The notes beneath the pieces are model-generated. The model was given only the letters and a program-made list of their open reading frames with translations, did not search any database and was not told the DNA's origin. A DNA stretch of 64,000 bases, from assembly GCA_004764695.1 (NCBI GenBank), contig SMSO01000025.1, positions 3,596,001 through 3,660,000 of the forward strand. Direction: 5' to 3'. The stretch comes from Schizochytrium sp. TIO01 (Eukaryota; Protista; Bigyra: Labyrinthulomycetes). Of this stretch, positions 1-10,693 are shown piece by piece (the stretch's first letter is position 1; every line of letters starts with the position of its first letter). Position numbers and translations under genes: made by a program.

Positions 1-573
1 TTCCCGGCTATGGTAGCGCGAATCATGAAAGTTGGGGTCCATCTTGTCACTGGTCACCAGCTTTTCAGAACGCAAAAAGAAGGGCAAAACATCCTTATAG
101 CTCCAGCCTTCACAACCATATTCTTGCTCCCATTGGTCAAAGTTGCGAGGGTCGCCGCGTACATAGAGCATTGTATTGATCGATGACGATCCCCCCAAAC
201 ATTTCCCGCGAGGATGATGCGAAATGCGGTCGTTCTGATTCTTTTGCGGTACAGTGCGGTACGCCCAATCATAGGTTGAGGTTTGTAAGTCAGCACATGT
301 CACGAGAGGCTGATGCACTCGGTAAACTTGATTTGTAGCTCCAGCTTCAAGGAGTAAGACCTTTACATTCGGGTCCTCACTTAAACGCGAGGCCACGACA
401 CAGCCTGCTGAGCCGGCACCGCAAACGATATAATCATAATCTCCAGAAATCACACCTCCATTTTGAAGGCCAGATGTTTCTTGAACGTAAATATGCTTCT
501 CAGGTACATTTTGAGGATTTTTAGCAAATGAATCCTGTAGATGACTAGTCAGCTTTTCCATACGGCGCGACAT
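1..573 (-). CDS. GMC (glucose-methanol-choline) oxidoreductase paralog 1, 5' portion only (runs off the window edge)
   Basis: Not in the ORF track because there is no stop inside the window. Manual translation from ATG 573: MSRRMEKLTSHLQ...GDYDYIVCGAGSAGCVVASRLSEDPNVKVLLLEAG...YDWAYRTVPQ...PRGKCLGGSSSINTMLYVRGDPRNFDQWEQEYGCEGWSYKDVLPFFLRSE. It has the GxGxxG FAD motif and the GMC signature, and is collinear with 2104..3981. Confidence 0.93.
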   Translation of the reverse strand, partial: MSRRMEKLTSHLQDSFAKNPQNVPEKHIYVQETSGLQNGGVISGDYDYIVCGAGSAGCVVASRLSEDPNVKVLLLEAGATNQVYRVHQPLVTCADLQTSTYDWAYRTVPQKNQNDRISHHPRGKCLGGSSSINTMLYVRGDPRNFDQWEQEYGCEGWSYKDVLPFFLRSEKLVTSDKMDPNFHDSRYHSRE

Positions 574-2103
574 CGTGTTTTGATAGCTCTTTTAATCAAT
601 AGTTGGTATACTGCACGAATTTCTTGGAAATCTTGAGGGATGCTGATGAAAGGGTTTTGCTACGTCAATAAATTCTATCCATTGGACAAAATTGAGATCT
701 TGTTCATTAGTAGATTAGAGGAAGGGAAATCAAATATCTGTCTCATCGTATCCTTTATAGTTTGCATGTTTATTTGTTATTTTGCAAGAAAGACCTAATT
801 AAAACTTAAAACAGTTCAAGTTTTCGTCAAGATATTTGATTCGAGCTCTCTATCATAATTGGTATTCTAAAAAAAGCTAATACAGGAGTAAAACAAGAGG
901 TATAAAACTAGAACAAATTGCACTCTATGTCCTCCTTATGTGACTTCGACATTGACTTGCGACTTACTTACTCCTTTTTGTTGTATCATAAATTTGGCGT
1001 ATATGGTATGCTATACTCAGGCTGCTTAACTCATATTTAAGCTCTTTTCTTGGTAGTTTTACGAAAACTTTAAGGATCTAGGTTAAACTTCACTCTCACT
1101 AGTGAGAGGTATTAAGTTGAAATCTTTTAGCCTAGGTAAAACCTCAGGAGAATATAATCGCTGGCAAGAAGAAGGCATACAGTACATAACAAAACACAAT
1201 ATCAAATTGCTTTGAAGAACCAGTTCAAATCCGGCCAGTCCGTCGGGACTCAGGCCTGTCCGCCACACAATCCGTCTTGCTAAAAACGATCCCGCTGCCA
1301 TCGTTGCTACTCCAACTGCGCCTCAAATTGATATTGTGCCACTCTAAAAAGTTTCATCACTCAACGAAACCTGTCAAGAGCCCATTTTTCTAAAAAGTGT
1401 CAAAACGAACATACCTTGACACTATTTAGACTGGTCGTTTCTTTTACTCTGAAATCCTCAACTTTAGATCAATCAGGTCGAAGCGGAAACCTATATCTGC
1501 ATTACTTCTAGCATGGCTTCGAAAGGTTTGACGGGGCCGGGAAACATGCAGCGAGCTCCGTAAGATATGCTTGGGGACACAAAGCATCGCAATCGAACTC
1601 GTTCACGAGTTTCACTTTGAGCTCATCACATAATGGATTTTCAAGGAAAATTAAAAACGAGCTTTGAAAAAGATACTACCAAGATGGCATACGGGAGAGG
1701 TTGAAAGAGTCTCTGCCAGTCCACAAAGCACTCGTGCCACTGGTCCGTTCATCTCTCTGGCTTTACATCATTCGGATCATCTATCTTGCATGCTTGTTAA
1801 ACAGTCTATCAAACACTTGTAGCTTGAATTTGGGAGGTTTCTATAGAAAGATGGATTGGTGATTGATTTAGCGCCATGTAGAAGTTTGAAGGACCGACTG
1901 ATGGGTTCACATTCGTGCGACTTTGTAGCGATAAGTACCATTTTATGCATGAGCAATTAGCCTAAGACAAGTGGAACAATTTGCATTGGGAGGTGCATGC
2001 TCTTACCAAAAATAGAAAAATAAAAGATGAAGTGTAGTATTATGAAAAATGAAAGAGTGAGAGATTTGATTTTCCAAAGTCGTTCAAGGCATCTTCAAGT
2101 TGC

Positions 2104-3981
2104 TCAAAGGCCTTGGCGAATGAAGTCCGCGCAGCGTTCTCCAATCATGACTGTGGGAGCATTGGTATTTCCGGAAATCACATCAGGCATGACACTTGCA
2201 TCTGCGACGCGGAGGTTCGTGAAGCCCTTGATTTTGAGCGTCTTTGCGTCGCAAACGACTGTCGGGTCATCAAGACGGCCCATCTTCGTAGTCGAAGTTG
2301 GGTGAAAAATGGTAGAGGCTTTGGTGCGGATCTCCTCAACGATGTACTCATCGGAATCGGGGTGGAATTGAGAGTGCTTGTTCACGATGCGCGTGTCTAA
2401 GTGGTCTTTAAATGCTTTTGTGGTCTCAGCGATTTCAATGCATTTGCGATAGCAGGCCACAAGCATACGAACATCATCTTCATCTTCGAGGTAGTTCGGG
2501 TCGATACGAGGAGGATCGAATGGAGATGAAGAGAGAAGGCCAATTTCACCCTTGCTTTTGGGACGAATTAGTGAAGGTAGGAAAATGCAGCGATCAGTGT
2601 GCGTGACATCCTGAAATTGCGGATGAGTGATGTCGATGCCGAAGTTGCGGCTAAACTCCTCAAGATCATTTTGAGCGTAGGGAATAAAATGGATTTGCGA
2701 ACAGTTTCCATCCTTCTCGGGACGAATACCAGACCGGAAAAAGGCCAAGCTTGTGGTAGGGCCCACCATAAATGGGCCTTGACTATGGACATAATAATCC
2801 CAGTAGGCCTTGAGAACATGCATAGGCTGTCCAGAAAAAGCAGGGACGCCCTCCTTGTAACCATATTCCAAAAAGAAGAGAAGATGGTCAGCGAGGCTTT
2901 TACCAACAGGAAGGTCAGCGATGCAAGGGATGCCAAACTTTTCCAATTCCTCGCGAGGGCCAATACCACTGTGCATCAGAATATGGGGAGTGTTGACAGC
3001 ACCAGCAGTGAGAATGACTTCTTTATTAGCACGTACAAACTGGGACGGAACTGCGTCAGTCTTCAACGTTTCTGGGTCATGGTTACCAGTCTTGACAAGA
3101 ACTCCTGTGGCGGTGTTACCTTGAATGACAATTTTCTCGACATGAGCATGGGTCACTACCGTGAGATTCGGGCGGTTGATAGCGCCACTACCAAACAAGA
3201 ATGCAGTAGCCATGTCAATACGTTTGCCGTTAAAAGCTGTCAGCTGAGACATGCTTGCGCCTTCTTGTTCAGGGCCATTGTAATCATGCGGGGCACGAAT
3301 GCCACACTCGTTGCATGCTGCAACGAAGCGTTCATTCGTTTCCCGAGAGACCATTTGATACATTGGATCACCAATGTCTGTAACCGTCATGAGGCCATTC
3401 CGGTTGTGGTACGGCTCGAAGTGGTGCGAAGGGTCCATCTTGTCACTGGTCACGAGGCGTTCGGACTTGAGGAAATACGGAAGCACATCCTTAAAACTCC
3501 AACCTTCGCATCCGTATTCATCCTCCCATTGGTCGTAGTTGCGTGGATCTCCTCGGACATAAAGCATTGTATTGATTGAAGAAGATCCACCAAGGCATTT
3601 GCCGCGTGGCCAATGAACCTTACGCCCATTCTGGGTCTTTTGAGTTTCCGTTCGATAAGCCCAATCATACTCGGAGTTTTGTAGTCCAAAGCAAGTTGCC
3701 AGAGGTTGCTCAACACGGTAAACCTGGTTTGTACCGCCTGCTTCAAGAACAAGAACCTTGACATTGGGATCTTCACTTAGGCGCGACGCAAGCACGCAGC
3801 CTGCAGTTCCGCAACCAATGAGGATGTAGTCATAAGTGCCAGATATTTCCCCACCCGTCTGCAAGCCCGAGGTTTCTTGGGCTGCAAGGCCTTGTTTCCC
3901 ATGAGATTGGTTTATAGAGGCTTGGAGATGACTCGTGAGTTTATTTACTCGACGACTGCCTCCATCATAATCCTGCGACAT
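2104..3981 (-). CDS. GMC oxidoreductase paralog 2 (choline dehydrogenase/alcohol oxidase-like, 625 aa)
   Basis: YDYILIGCGTAGCVLASRLSE FAD-binding motif; RGKCLGGSSSINTMLYVRG signature; EVILTAGAVNTPHILMHSGIG; catalytic His (TIFHPTST) and Asn (SGNTNAPT); LRVADASVMP. Confidence 0.95.
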   Translation of the reverse strand: MSQDYDGGSRRVNKLTSHLQASINQSHGKQGLAAQETSGLQTGGEISGTYDYILIGCGTAGCVLASRLSEDPNVKVLVLEAGGTNQVYRVEQPLATCFGLQNSEYDWAYRTETQKTQNGRKVHWPRGKCLGGSSSINTMLYVRGDPRNYDQWEDEYGCEGWSFKDVLPYFLKSERLVTSDKMDPSHHFEPYHNRNGLMTVTDIGDPMYQMVSRETNERFVAACNECGIRAPHDYNGPEQEGASMSQLTAFNGKRIDMATAFLFGSGAINRPNLTVVTHAHVEKIVIQGNTATGVLVKTGNHDPETLKTDAVPSQFVRANKEVILTAGAVNTPHILMHSGIGPREELEKFGIPCIADLPVGKSLADHLLFFLEYGYKEGVPAFSGQPMHVLKAYWDYYVHSQGPFMVGPTTSLAFFRSGIRPEKDGNCSQIHFIPYAQNDLEEFSRNFGIDITHPQFQDVTHTDRCIFLPSLIRPKSKGEIGLLSSSPFDPPRIDPNYLEDEDDVRMLVACYRKCIEIAETTKAFKDHLDTRIVNKHSQFHPDSDEYIVEEIRTKASTIFHPTSTTKMGRLDDPTVVCDAKTLKIKGFTNLRVADASVMPDVISGNTNAPTVMIGERCADFIRQGL

Positions 3982-4377
3982 TTTGCTACACTCTGATTTT
4001 ATTAAAAAAAATGAAGTGTACTTTTCAGTTCTATTGCTGTTTATCCTTTCCTAAATGAATGAAGTTCGGGTTTTACTTGTGGAATTTGTACAATAGCTTT
4101 ACTTTGTAGCTCTTTTACATGAGAGCACCGTAGCAAATGAAGATAATACTTTCACGTTGCGGCATCATATGCAGAAACACCGACGAGCCAGATTTCGGGC
4201 TTCCTGATTCATATCTCACCAAAGGGAGGCGCAAGAAAGCAACCCAAAGCGAAGAATCCATCGCATAACTTGAACCCGTCACGAAGAACCTCTCTATTTA
4301 ATCTATATAGTCCGCCATAAAAAGGAAATGAAGCGGGTACAGATCTTTGCAGGGTCGTCAAAAGCCACGCTCAAGTA

Positions 4378-4393
4378 CGGACTGCGCAGTCCG
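4378..4393. promoter_or_regulatory. Perfect 16-bp palindrome CGGACTGCGCAGTCCG upstream of GMC paralog 2
   Basis: Self-complementary sequence seen directly, about 400 bp upstream of the ATG. A regulatory role is inferred. Confidence 0.3.
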
Positions 4394-5118
4394 GTCATGA
4401 GGACCAGGGTCTTCAAGTTCTTTAGACGAATCATTGGTATTGCCTAATTTTTCATCCGGAATACGACCCTTCATTCGAGAGTTCTTTACTCGTCTTCGTT
4501 ATAGGGATAGCCCTCTGCGTTTTTCAAGCCGCAGAAAGTGCGAACTATCATAGTCCGCGAGGACCCAGGGTGTGCGATCCCTATGAAAATTCCAAAAAAC
4601 CTCTGTGTCAAAGAATCTGCAAGTTGAGATCTTCTTGAATAAAGCTAGCTGGATTCATTGAGAAATAGTTTTGGATTTGAGGCAGAGGTAGCATAGCTTT
4701 TCTGAATGGGGGTGCTAGTTCATGAGTTTTTTACTAATGTATTCAGCAGGGCTATTCTGTGGTTTCGTAATATGATGGAATTTCACTCTCATTTGCAACA
4801 ACGGTGTCTTCGTTAGGCTTGCATTGCATTGCTGCTTCTGCTTTCAAAGCAATGCGAAGGCTACCGATAATTACGTTCTACTGAGCCTGGTCCCTTCTCC
4901 TGGCGGTCCCCATTTTATGAGAGCAGACGATATTACCTGCAGATTTACAGCCTCGCTGATAGTTCTGTTCGTCGATAAGTCTCCACAACCCATTTTCAGT
5001 ACATCCCGCGTTGCTCTGGTGCAACAAAAACATCTAGGTACTACTAGCCTCCTTTGTCTCTTCGTCTAACGAAAACTCCTAACCTCCAGCAGATCAATTG
5101 GGTTCCGCCAAACTAGGG

Positions 5119-5126
5119 TAGGGTTT
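5119..5126. promoter_or_regulatory. Telo-box-like element (TAGGGTTT = AAACCCTA) in the RPS7 promoter
   Basis: Exact match within CTAGGGTAGGGTTT, directly before a pyrimidine-rich tract upstream of a ribosomal protein gene. Confidence 0.35.
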
Positions 5127-5302
5127 CTCCCCTTTGTCTCGATTGCCCCCGTCACCTGGGGACCCTTTCTTTCTCGCCTTATTTTCTCCCCTTTTCATCT
5201 CTCCTCTATTCTGTCCCCTCTGGCTCCAAAACTCTGCTTATCACCGCCTTCGCGTCCCTTTTCCTCTCTCCTTCTTCAAGACTTCGTGAGGAGGGAATCC
5301 AG

Positions 5303-5733
5303 GTAATGTAGGGAACGCAGGGTCCATTTTGAATGGGTGGATGTGTGGTCCTTGTTGGTAAGCAGGAGGCAGGCTGGAAAGGGTAGTTAGCAGGTAGGGG
5401 GCATGGTGGGAGTCTTGGGCATGATTGTGGGATTGGGTGAGTGTTAGCGAGTTGTTAGGGAGTATTATGGGTCTGTGGCTGAGAGTGAGTGGAGGGAGGC
5501 GTGTAAAAATACGTAGGAGTCAGCTATAGGTGGTTAGGCCCTGGGGCGAGGGAATGATAGGTGAGAAGGGAGGGTTAGGAGGGCTTAGGTGGGGTGGTAG
5601 AGTACTGAGAGGGAAGGAAATATAGGGGCCAATAGGGGCGGGTAATGCGGGGAACGTTTGTTTGAAGGGCGAAGCGACGTGAGCAGCAATTGGTTGACTG
5701 ATAGCGCGGAGCATTCGTCGATTGGTTGCATAG
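5303..5733 (+). other. Probable 5'-UTR intron of RPS7 (very G-rich)
   Basis: CAG|GTAATG donor at 5303 follows a TOP-like pyrimidine tract. Branch-like TTGACTGAT near 5695. Acceptor GCATAG at 5733 (alternatives 5740, 5762). Confidence 0.5.
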
Positions 5734-5777
5734 GTCGTAGGGGCTTTTGTGCAAGAGGACAGGTCTCGTCGGCAAAG

Positions 5778-6356
5778 ATGGCGGAGTCTAAGATCGTGAA
5801 GCCGGACGGCAAGCAGCCGGACGAGTTTGAGCTCAAGGTGGCTGATGAGATCTACAAGCTCGAGACCTCGAGCTCAGAGCTCAAGGAGGCCGACCTTCAG
5901 GGTCTCTACATCATTGGCGCCAAGGAGGTGACCGTCGATGGCAGCCGCAAGGCCGCCGTGATCATGGTGCCGTACAAGCTCCTCGGTGAGTTCCGCAAGA
6001 TCCAGCAGCGTCTTGTCCGTGAGCTCGAGAAGAAGCTCCAGGGCCACCACGTTGTTATTATTGGCCACCGCACCATCTACGGCAACTCCTTCAACCGTGA
6101 CAGCAAGACCCAGGGTGTCCGCCCCAAGAGCCGTACCCTCACCCACGTCCACGAGGCCATCCTCGACGACTTGGTGTACCCCACCGAGATTGTCGGCAAG
6201 CGCATTCGTTACAAACTCGACGGCTCCAAGCAGCTCAAGGTTTTTCTTCACACCAGGGACCAGGTGAACATTGAGACCAAGCTCGATACGTTCTCGACCG
6301 TGTACAAGAAGCTCACCTCGAAGGAGGTCGTGTTTGAGTTTCCGGTGGAAAACTAA
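5778..6356 (+). CDS. RPS7: 40S ribosomal protein S7 (eS7)
   Basis: MAESKIVKPDG...FRKIQQRLVRELEKK...RPKSRTLTHVHEAILDDLVYPTEIVGKRIRYKLDGS...YKKLTSKEVVFEFP is the classic eS7 sequence. Strong C/G third-position bias. The true ATG is at 5778, not the track's 5658. Confidence 0.97.
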   Translation: MAESKIVKPDGKQPDEFELKVADEIYKLETSSSELKEADLQGLYIIGAKEVTVDGSRKAAVIMVPYKLLGEFRKIQQRLVRELEKKLQGHHVVIIGHRTIYGNSFNRDSKTQGVRPKSRTLTHVHEAILDDLVYPTEIVGKRIRYKLDGSKQLKVFLHTRDQVNIETKLDTFSTVYKKLTSKEVVFEFPVEN

Positions 6357-7606
6357 TTTTGCCTTTGCTTCTCTCGCTTTTCTATCTTCTTCCTTTCCAT
6401 CTTATCCCGTCTTGGCAAGTATTGCGTTGATGGCTCCGGGCCGTGGCTGCGTTCGCTCAAGTCTCCACGACCGTCTCCCATCTTCGTCTTCCTCTTCTGC
6501 ATCCCTTGAGTAGCCCATGCGCGCGTAAGGCGGAAAACTCGGCTCCATGGCTCTACAACTATCCCCTTTCCCCTTTTCAATCTCTTACTCTCATTCATTT
6601 ACTCACAAAATCTCTCAAACCTCAAAACAACGCATCCTATCCCTCACACCTTGCTTGCATGCATCCTAAAACTCCAAGAGCATGAATGGTCTTATATCCT
6701 TCTCTCTTTCATTCTTGTCTACTTGGTCTTGCTTCTTAATACTTGGTCTTAAACACTTGCTACTGCGTTGAGAACCAGGATGCTTTACCTTGGTCTCCTC
6801 GTTATGAAGGATGCCTGATTCCTACTTCCTGAGTCACGCTGGGAGGTATGGGGTTGCAATTCCTGATTTGGCAAGGAAGCCTGGACCAGAGCTGTTGGTT
6901 GGGAGCTGTGGAAGTGCAAATACCTTTTCCTTTTCCTTTCATCCCTGGCATTTGAGTTCCAGGTGTTTCTTTCTCGCATGCGTACTTCTTTCTTGATTGA
7001 ACTTTGCAAACTGGATTTGGTATGATCAGCTTGCTAGTAAGCGTATTGGTTATGGTTACGAAAGTAGTCCCAACAAATTGGTTGATATTTCCTCCTTGCT
7101 CTTGATAATCAGAAGCCCCTTGCAAGCTTGTGCTGGAGACTTTTTCTAATTTGGCCTGACGTTGATGATTTCAACGCTTGAAAGGGAGACAGCTGATGTT
7201 TTCTCAGGTTTCATTTTCAAATGAGCAGGCAACGAATTATGTATGATCTCCAGCGTGTCTAAGATTGGGTACCTTGCAAGGAAGTTCAATTAGATAAACA
7301 CGATCTTCTTGTAAAATTGTTTAACTGAACACTTTTAGCAATTCTCGCATATGGATATTCAGCCTGAGCCGCTCATTTAGCGGTAAGTACCTTCGAAGGC
7401 TAGCATCGAACTTCAAGGTCTGATTCTCTTAATTTGTACATACGATACAAACAAACTTGTCTTAAAAACAAAGCAAATGCCCAAACAACCGGGGACTTCA
7501 CCGAAGTATGGAATAAACGTGGAACTCCGTGAGGGTGTTTGTAGAAAGAGAAAATTTACAAAATGCATTGAATTTTAATTGGATGGTGTTCTTGATGGGA
7601 GATTTT

Positions 7607-8287
7607 TTAGCCAGACTTGGACTTGACCTGAATTGCAACTTCGTTCGTGCGAAAACACGGAATGACGAAGGGTGCGTTGTAGCCACGAAACGACCAAAGA
7701 GGGTCACCAGACTCGTTGCGTTCCACTTCGAACTTGGTGTGGAAGATTTGGTCAACGATGTCGACAACATCAGAAGCTCGCTGCGCAGATTGCTCAGGGC
7801 TCGCGGCGCCCGAGAAGGTTTGGACAGCGACAACCTCACCTGAAATCTTACGTACATGCACGCGCTTGTCCTGGGGCTCGGGGGGGTCATGAGAATCCAC
7901 GATAAACTTGTGTGGCAAAATGAAGGCCATACTCTCCTCACCAGCATTGGAGCCCTTGAGCAGAGGCATTGCAGTTGGGGAGAACTTTGCATCCTCATGG
8001 CTTGAGCATGACATGACAACAGGCGCTGTCATGGGGATAGACTCTGGCATCTGTGTCTCCTGATCTTTATTTTGCGGCTTGGACATAACGCCAATGTACT
8101 TTGCGAGTGTCGTAAACGCCAACGTAGTGAATTTGGCTTCACTTTCGGCCTCCGGGAAGTCACTCGAGGTAACATACGCTTCATAACGCGGCCCGTATGA
8201 CCGGATCTCAAGGTTGGCTTCGTCATGCCTCGCGAGAATCTCGTATTCCGGAGTCTCCACGGTGATCTTGCCAAAAAAGCTACCCAT
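7607..8287 (-). CDS. SOUL/heme-binding family protein
   Basis: VETPEYEIL, EIRSY, AFTTLAKYIG, IPMTAPV, MAFILP, VAVQTFSG, GYNAPFVIPCFRTNEVAI are all SOUL motifs. The MGSFFG start could be N-myristoylated. Confidence 0.92.
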   Translation of the reverse strand: MGSFFGKITVETPEYEILARHDEANLEIRSYGPRYEAYVTSSDFPEAESEAKFTTLAFTTLAKYIGVMSKPQNKDQETQMPESIPMTAPVVMSCSSHEDAKFSPTAMPLLKGSNAGEESMAFILPHKFIVDSHDPPEPQDKRVHVRKISGEVVAVQTFSGAASPEQSAQRASDVVDIVDQIFHTKFEVERNESGDPLWSFRGYNAPFVIPCFRTNEVAIQVKSKSG

Positions 8288-9121
8288 CTTGCTAGTGAAC
8301 TTGACGAGTCCTCTTGCTTATACTTAGATCAAACTTGCGTTGAGTAATCCAGGACTCTTGCTTCTTTTGCTTCAACCTGTTTAGACTCTTCAACCAAGGT
8401 CCAGAAAAGGGTCTGCTGACCTCGATTATTTCACCTCTGCTGTAGGCCTCAAAAACCGTCCCATGATATCTCAAACAAGCCTGCTCAACTTGACGATCGT
8501 CGTGATCAGTATTCATGTTATCCTATATGGAGGGGGTGAAGGATTTTTCTCAAGAGCTTCAACGAGTCTTTAGAGTCGGATCTTAGAATTAGTTCTAAAA
8601 GTCTGCTAGCAGCAGAAAGAAAATAGGGTCACTCTCGACCGAGGCTTGAGGTCTCATCTCGTCTCTTTTAGTTTTAAATTTTAATTAAAATACAAGGATA
8701 AAGAGAAATAATAAAAAGATGAAGAACCCGCGTCAGGAGTAAACACTTCGGTCACGGAAGATACAGAGGAAAAGGAGGAGGCTGCTAGTCATGCAACTCG
8801 AATGGTGGGAGCGTGATTGCTGGACGCTAAGGCTTCTCTGTTGTAATAATGGAAGACTGGTACTTACTTTTGCAAGACTAGACTAGATTTGTGGATCTTA
8901 TCAAACTGTTGCGATCGATGGTTAGGATCATTTTTAGTATAGAAGAGCCATATAAAAACACGCCCATGGACAGAGAAAGAGCATGCTGGGGAGCAAGTCA
9001 GTAATGTTGATAAGACGGTAGGAAATGTATTTGCTGACATAATTGTTGAAAATGTAACAGTGGAAATGTGCATAGTGTTGTTATAATAAGTTTCTGGTCA
9101 AGGCGACCATGTTTTTTTTTT

Positions 9122-10171
9122 TCATTTTTTCAGAAGCTTTACGGAGTTCTTCTTAACGTTGACCTTGAACTGATCAGGGGTCTTGGAGAAGTACTTGTGA
9201 ACGCGTTTACTCTGGACCTCCACCTTGCCCTCTTTGAGCAGACGCATCAGGTCGTCAATGTTCATCTTGTGGTTTTTCGCCTGCTCAAGAGCAATGTGAA
9301 TCTCCTTCTTCCAGGTGATCTTTTTCTTGTCCTTCTTCTCGTTATCATCCTGATCAGTTTCACCAGTAACCTCCGGGGTGTCGTTTTCGTCCTCCTTCTC
9401 CTTCTTGTCCTTTTTCTTGTCCTTTTTCTTGTCCTTCTTCTTGTCCTTCTTGGTCTTCTTCTCGCTTGTTTTAGCTTCTCCTGTGTTCTCCTTTTTATCC
9501 TCGTCACCCTTCGTTTCTGTGGTCTCGTCCTTCTTGGACTCCTTTTTGGACTCCTTCTTGGACTTCTTGGACTTCTTTTCGTCCTCATCGCTGGAGCTAT
9601 CCGAGCTAGACTCACTAGAAGAGCTGTCAGAGCGAGCACGCTTGTTGGGAGACTTGGCTGCCTCCTTAGCCTTAGCCTCTTCTTCCTTGGCCTTGTCCAT
9701 GGCTTCCTTGTCCTGCATCCATTGCTTTTGAAGAGCATCCCAAATTGAGGTTAGTACGTTGGGCGACAGGCGAAAACTGTTCCGAACAAAGTTCTCAAAC
9801 TTCTTCTGTTTGCGAGGCACGTTCTCGTAAGAGGTGAGTTGCTGCAGCGCATCGACAGCATCTTTACTGAGACCCGGGAGCTCCCCAGAAGCAGCTTGTT
9901 CTGCCACGCGGAGCATTGCGTCGGTCCATCGCTCCTGAGGGTCTTGCTTAGAGTTGGGTTTGCCAGCCTTGGGACCCTGGTAAAGAGCGCCCTGGTACTT
10001 TTCAGCCTCAGAAATGCATTGGTTGTGTTGTTTGTACTGGTCTCCTTCGAATCTCTGGCCACAGTCTACGCAGCTCAAAACCCAGCAGTCGCGGCACTTG
10101 AACTTGTAGTGGTTATCGACCTTGGGCTTCTTCACAGTCTCCTGACATACATCACAGATGAAAGAAACCAT
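9122..10171 (-). CDS. LYAR: LYAR-type C2HC zinc-finger nucleolar protein
   Basis: MVSFICDVCQETVKKPKVDNH...C..C..LSCVDCGQRF...HNQCISEAEKYQG; YENVPRKQKKFENFVRNS; Lys/Asp-rich linker; C-terminal WKKEI domain. Confidence 0.93.
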   Translation of the reverse strand: MVSFICDVCQETVKKPKVDNHYKFKCRDCWVLSCVDCGQRFEGDQYKQHNQCISEAEKYQGALYQGPKAGKPNSKQDPQERWTDAMLRVAEQAASGELPGLSKDAVDALQQLTSYENVPRKQKKFENFVRNSFRLSPNVLTSIWDALQKQWMQDKEAMDKAKEEEAKAKEAAKSPNKRARSDSSSSESSSDSSSDEDEKKSKKSKKESKKESKKDETTETKGDEDKKENTGEAKTSEKKTKKDKKKDKKKDKKKDKKEKEDENDTPEVTGETDQDDNEKKDKKKITWKKEIHIALEQAKNHKMNIDDLMRLLKEGKVEVQSKRVHKYFSKTPDQFKVNVKKNSVKLLKK

Positions 10172-10693
10172 GGCTCACAACGGGGAGGCAAGGCAGCGAA
10201 AGCGTCAATACGACCGTGTTCTTGAATCCCCTGCGTCTCTGTGATTTCGTTCACCCCGAGATCCACGCAATGTCAACTGAAGCGTGAGCTCTGCCAGCTC
10301 TTGCACTCAGGAACTGCCTTAATGGAGGACTACTTCTACCTTCTGTTGCCGTCTCTCATCAGCCAGTGATTCTGAGGAGGTGTCCTCGCAGAGGGGTCCC
10401 CAGACTTGTCTTTCAGTAGCCAATAGGGTATTCCTATGTCTACTTATCCTACAGACTAGTTCAAGATGTCCAGTGCACACCTTATTCAAGAAGTTAATGA
10501 TCGCCAACGTCCTTAGCAAGCAGTGAGCACGGTACTGGAACATGATTTATGTAATGAAAAAATTATGGGTGCCTACTTTTTGGTGTTGCAATTTAGTTTG
10601 AAAAATACAAAATTGGAAAACAAATGCTCATTACTTATCGTTTGAGAAAAATTGCAGTAGTTCAAGCAATCAAATTAAAACTGAATTACTATT

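Noticed and set aside
2599-3579. 326-aa plus-strand ORF
   Set aside because: Antisense shadow of the GMC gene, with no motifs of its own.
5658-5777. N-terminal extension of RPS7 in the ORF track
   Set aside because: Non-ATG start. eS7 homology begins at ATG 5778 and this region overlaps the probable intron.
9068-9748. Leu-rich 226-aa ORF and other overlapping ORFs
   Set aside because: Antisense or alternate-frame products of LYAR's Lys-rich repeats.
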